Part shown: one piece after another, positions 60,341 through 64,000 of the stretch
How positions within the stretch are numbered: position 1 is the stretch's first letter
Layout of the letters: every line of letters begins with the position of its first letter
DNA from: Desulfatiglandales bacterium
Lineage (GTDB): Bacteria; Desulfobacterota; DSM-4660; Desulfatiglandales; Desulfatiglandaceae
Direction of reading: 5' to 3'
Length of the DNA: 64,000 bases
Assembly: GCA_963662465.1 (NCBI GenBank)
Contig: OY759599.1
Span: forward strand, 352,001 to 416,000
Notes under the pieces: model-generated
What the model saw: the letters and a program-made list of their open reading frames with translations, nothing else
What the model was told of the DNA's origin: nothing
Databases searched by the model: none
Made by a program: the position numbers and the translations under genes

Positions 60341-61369
60341 TCAAATCAATCCATTTGTACCGGAAGGCACGCACGTTCCCCGAACGCGGCGCAGCATCGC
60401 TTCAAAGGCCTGCATATCATTACACCTGCATGCCTGCCGGAAAAGGGACTTCAGAGCGAACAGAGAATCCATCCGCTCAATCTCCTCCGCAACCCCACCC
60501 GGCACAAAGCCGAATTTCTCAAGCACCAGATCCAAAAGCATCTCCCGTGCATTTTCCACACTTCCCAAACTCTTGCCTTCCTGGATGCCCAGACTCTTGC
60601 CTCTATCCAAGCCTTCCTGGATGCCCAGACTTTTACCTTCCTGGATGCCCAGACTCTTGCCTTCCTCAATCCCTTTTTCTCTTGCAATTTGTACAATATC
60701 CAGCATTTTTAGCTCCTCCCACAGCGCAAGCAGACGTTTCTTGTCAATCATCTTGTTGGATAGAACCAGTGTGGCTGCCGTCAGTTGGGGGGATATCCTG
60801 CCGCCCCGGACCAGTTCCACCTCAAAGCGGATCACCTCTTCCACAAAACGGGCACGGTCATCCCCCTTTGCCTTGCCGTACAATGGCAACACCACCAGTT
60901 CCAGCCACTGCCTGAATGTCCCAGCGGCCACCTCCGCACGGATTTCCTCAAGCCGTTTTTTACCGTCCTTTCGGCTGAAATCAAGTACCACTGGGCGATA
61001 CGTCCCGCTGGTTGTTTCGAGACTGCGGGCATTTGGGTCCACTTTTCCGGAGGCCAGGATCACATCCGTCATCCCAGGTCCCCATTTCTTCGCCCCCAAA
61101 AAATAATAGGCCGCAAACCGGTATAGGTCAGAGCGATTCAAATCCCGTTGTTCCTCCATATGAAACAGCGCGCCCGTCGTATCTCGTACCATCACATCCA
61201 CCCGACCTGCTTGCACGCGAATGTCCACCGGCTTAAATCCAAACACGTCTTCCACCGGGGCTGTTTTAAGCCCGATGGCGTCCAGGGTTTCCCCTTTCAG
61301 TGCCTCGGCCATCCACTTCACGGTGAAATCGTAATTGTGCAGATAATCGGTTCCATTCTTGCCTTCCAA
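60341..61369 (-). CDS. Rpn-like PD-(D/E)xK protein with GIQEGKSL repeats
   Basis: RVDVMV...FHMEEQ..RF; tandem EG repeats; C-terminal LLDLVLEKFG.VP. Confidence 0.75.
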   Translation of the reverse strand: MEGKNGTDYLHNYDFTVKWMAEALKGETLDAIGLKTAPVEDVFGFKPVDIRVQAGRVDVMVRDTTGALFHMEEQRDLNRSDLYRFAAYYFLGAKKWGPGMTDVILASGKVDPNARSLETTSGTYRPVVLDFSRKDGKKRLEEIRAEVAAGTFRQWLELVVLPLYGKAKGDDRARFVEEVIRFEVELVRGGRISPQLTAATLVLSNKMIDKKRLLALWEELKMLDIVQIAREKGIEEGKSLGIQEGKSLGIQEGLDRGKSLGIQEGKSLGSVENAREMLLDLVLEKFGFVPGGVAEEIERMDSLFALKSLFRQACRCNDMQAFEAMLRRVRGTCVPSGTNGLI

Positions 61370-61701
61370 TGGATATCCACCTCCGGAATTCAGTTTCTTT
61401 TTACACCCCCAACGGTCAGGCTCCTACGGGCTTCAATGTCAACATTCTCCATTCGCTACTCAGGCAGTTTTAAGCGTTATCAGGCACTGTGGGCATCCTC
61501 ATTTTCTTGAACACGATGAACAGGATTTCTTAGATGGACAGGATTAAGAGACGGCGTTCGGACAAATTCCTTCCCCACCTTACACCATTTTGTCCGCATT
61601 TTATAGGCCAATGGCAATCCTGTCCATCATTATAATTTTTAACAGCATGATCGTTTCAAAGAAAGGGCTTCCATTCGAAATAAAAATCCCTAATGATGTG
61701 A

Positions 61702-63707
61702 CGCATAAGTCTAAATGTTGTGGGGTTTACTCTAACATATTGAAATTATTTCATCTGTTAAACGGTTCCGAATCAATATCCTAATCAAAGCGCATTTCGT
61801 GAGGCCAAACATTTTTTCCTGAATTCGCCTTAGCGGAAAAAAGTTAGGGACTTTTTTTGATAAGTGTGCATAATCATAGTGCAACAGTCTATGTTAAATT
61901 AGAGAGGTTGCACATGATTAATAATATTAAGAGAGCTTTGACAATGTTGGACAAAGCTCAAAACAGACTTGCAAGACAATGTTATTACGATCCAAAACAG
62001 TATCCTGAGATTTTCTTTGAAATTGAGAAATGCATTAATGCCATCAGATCATGGATCAATGAAAGGGAGATGTTTCAATCATTGCAATATTTTTATGTAA
62101 CATTGTCTGCTCTTATTGATGAACTTGGTAGGTTAATAAGTCAATTATGGGATATTTGTAAGCCAATAAAAGGGAAAAAAAGCATTCCAAAAACACAACG
62201 GGATCGACAGAAAATTAGAATCTTTTATTCAATTCGTTCAATGATAAGTAATATTACTAAAAAATTGAATAATGTAAAAAGTCGTGATAGTACAATAAGT
62301 ATTGCATTTGAGATAGGGATGTTAAAATCTTTTGATAAATCCATAATCGAAAATGTAAAAAAGAAAATGGAAGACCTTGTTTCTAAACGAGGAAATCAAA
62401 CATATATCTTTCCTTATAATAACACCGAAAGCTATCATGCTCTCGTAAAAGATAGTAAGAAGTTTCGCATTGAAGTATTAGATAAACTCGATAAATATGA
62501 TCACCACACAGGCCATAATTCAACATGTTCTGGACCTAAAGAATATATTTTATCTGGTTTCCGCGGGAATCCTCGAAAAACAATAATGAATGGAGGAGAA
62601 CAACAGACATTCCCAATCCGCATGATACAATGCCGGAAGTGCAAACAAAAGTTCTCTCTTGTTCCCAGCTTTCTCCCAAGGGAAAAGAATTTTGGTATAG
62701 AGATTATTGGGCACGTATTTCGGAATATGTACCGTTTTAATGCGAGCATTCAAGGAGCCATCGAAAGCCTTAAAATTATTGGCAAAAAAAGTGTCAAAAG
62801 CAAACAAACCATCTTGAACTGGAATCGATGGGCAGGAACACTTCATCCTGCAACAATACTAACAAGAGCAGGAGTGAAAGGCTCAGGATATCTACAGGAA
62901 GATGAGGGCTTTGAAAAAGAACCAAATTTAAGAACTTATTCTGTAGTTATGGTCGATCCTGAAAATTTATTAGTATGGCACTCCGATTATGTTGATCATG
63001 TTGATGAAGAAAACCTGTGCGGTTCATTTGAGGATTTTTTGCAAAAAATCGACTTCAAAATCCTTGGTGTAACAAAAGATAAGTGGAAAGCCTCAACCAA
63101 TGCTATCAAGACCGTATTCCATAACATTTGGGTCGGATATTGCCATCGTCATTGTTTGAAAAACTTCTACGATGCACTATCAAAATATCAAAAAGAATCA
63201 AAATGTACCGACCAAGAAGTGGACAAGTTTTATAAAAAATTTAAGAAAGTTTTGAAAACATCCACATCTAAAGTTAACTTGGAAGTAAAGATTAAGGCAT
63301 TAGATGACGATGCATTTTCTCATCCATTACTAAAAAAGAGGGTAGTAGAATTAAAAGAAAATGCCACTCATTATACCTCTCATAAAAATAGAAATGGGAT
63401 AAAACAAACAACCTCCATTGTTGACAATTATTTAAAAGGAATCAAACGTAAACTAAAACAAATTGAGAGTTTTCGAGATAAGAAATGGGCAAGTCTTTTC
63501 TTTCGAGCACATGCGACTATCAGGAATTTTGTCCCATTTTTACCTGGCGCAAAAAATGCTCATAAAAGTCCCTTTGAATTAGCCAACGGCCAAACATTTG
63601 ACTTACCTTGGATTCAAGTTATGAATGTTCATAATGCATTCTTGTTTACCGAAAACGCCTTTTAATTTTGATGGGTTATACAACCCCACAACATTTAGAC
63701 TTATGCG
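61702..63707 (+). mobile_element. Insertion sequence, family unassigned
   Basis: Perfect 26-bp IR CGCATAAGTCTAAATGTTGTGGGGTT; 8-bp TSD TGATGTGA. Confidence 0.92.
61857..63665 (+). CDS. Putative DDE-type transposase
   Basis: Sole ORF between the IRs; CRKC, QEDEG, VTKDK, CHRH, TTSIVDNY. Confidence 0.8.
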   Translation: MISVHNHSATVYVKLERLHMINNIKRALTMLDKAQNRLARQCYYDPKQYPEIFFEIEKCINAIRSWINEREMFQSLQYFYVTLSALIDELGRLISQLWDICKPIKGKKSIPKTQRDRQKIRIFYSIRSMISNITKKLNNVKSRDSTISIAFEIGMLKSFDKSIIENVKKKMEDLVSKRGNQTYIFPYNNTESYHALVKDSKKFRIEVLDKLDKYDHHTGHNSTCSGPKEYILSGFRGNPRKTIMNGGEQQTFPIRMIQCRKCKQKFSLVPSFLPREKNFGIEIIGHVFRNMYRFNASIQGAIESLKIIGKKSVKSKQTILNWNRWAGTLHPATILTRAGVKGSGYLQEDEGFEKEPNLRTYSVVMVDPENLLVWHSDYVDHVDEENLCGSFEDFLQKIDFKILGVTKDKWKASTNAIKTVFHNIWVGYCHRHCLKNFYDALSKYQKESKCTDQEVDKFYKKFKKVLKTSTSKVNLEVKIKALDDDAFSHPLLKKRVVELKENATHYTSHKNRNGIKQTTSIVDNYLKGIKRKLKQIESFRDKKWASLFFRAHATIRNFVPFLPGAKNAHKSPFELANGQTFDLPWIQVMNVHNAFLFTENAF

Positions 63708-64000
63708 TGATGTGACGCTACAGGCAATGAGAGAGGCGAAGGAATTGGACGGCCATTTTGTCACTGTGGATGATTTCAGCAAATAGCCTGGCTATGAAGT
63801 TATTCAGAACCAAACCTCAATACCCGTGGATGAATGACGTTCATCCTTATGGCTGATCTGTATTTCACCATGAAGGGCATGAAGACCATGAAGAAGTTCA
63901 CTTTTGGAACTTAATAAGGAAAAGATAAAATCTGATTAAATGATGTTAATTTGAATATATTTATGAGTTTTGAAAATCCGGTTCACTTTTTTCACCCAGC

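Larger units (their letters stand above)
61647..63786 (+). pseudogene. RelB/DinJ-like antitoxin fragment split by an IS
   Basis: KGLPFEIKIPNDV joins TLQAMREA across the IS. Confidence 0.65.

Noticed and set aside
60183..61106. 307-aa plus-strand ORF with PSWMPRLL repeats
   Set aside because: Antisense reading of the Rpn-like EG repeats

Overview
Mobile-element-rich bacterial window; gene content looks Desulfobacterota/deltaproteobacterial, which is an inference. Bases 1-30 kb are tandem integrative elements at a tRNA-Leu(GAG) 3' att site. A complete 16-kb island (1584-17569) carries a group II intron in a serine recombinase, a dockerin/cohesin-like cargo pair and nested IS elements. Bases 30.7-36.1 kb are ordinary chromosomal genes (MFS transporter, HEAT-repeat membrane protein, hrpB). 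Bases 36-50 kb hold BREX and toxin-antitoxin debris plus nested DDE transposons. The highlight is 49870-58924, a 9-kb unit bounded by perfect 24-bp ISL3-type inverted repeats. It contains a diversity-generating retroelement (avd, TR, RT) with two secreted-hydrolase targets: a CHAP protein with a C-terminal VR and a lipase-fold 1091-aa protein with an N-terminal, internal VR. A RAYT transposase and about 22 REPs are interleaved, including REPs in frame inside the RT gene. The avd gene has an in-frame amber codon. All alignments and counts were done by eye; family calls rest on motif recognition, not database searches.
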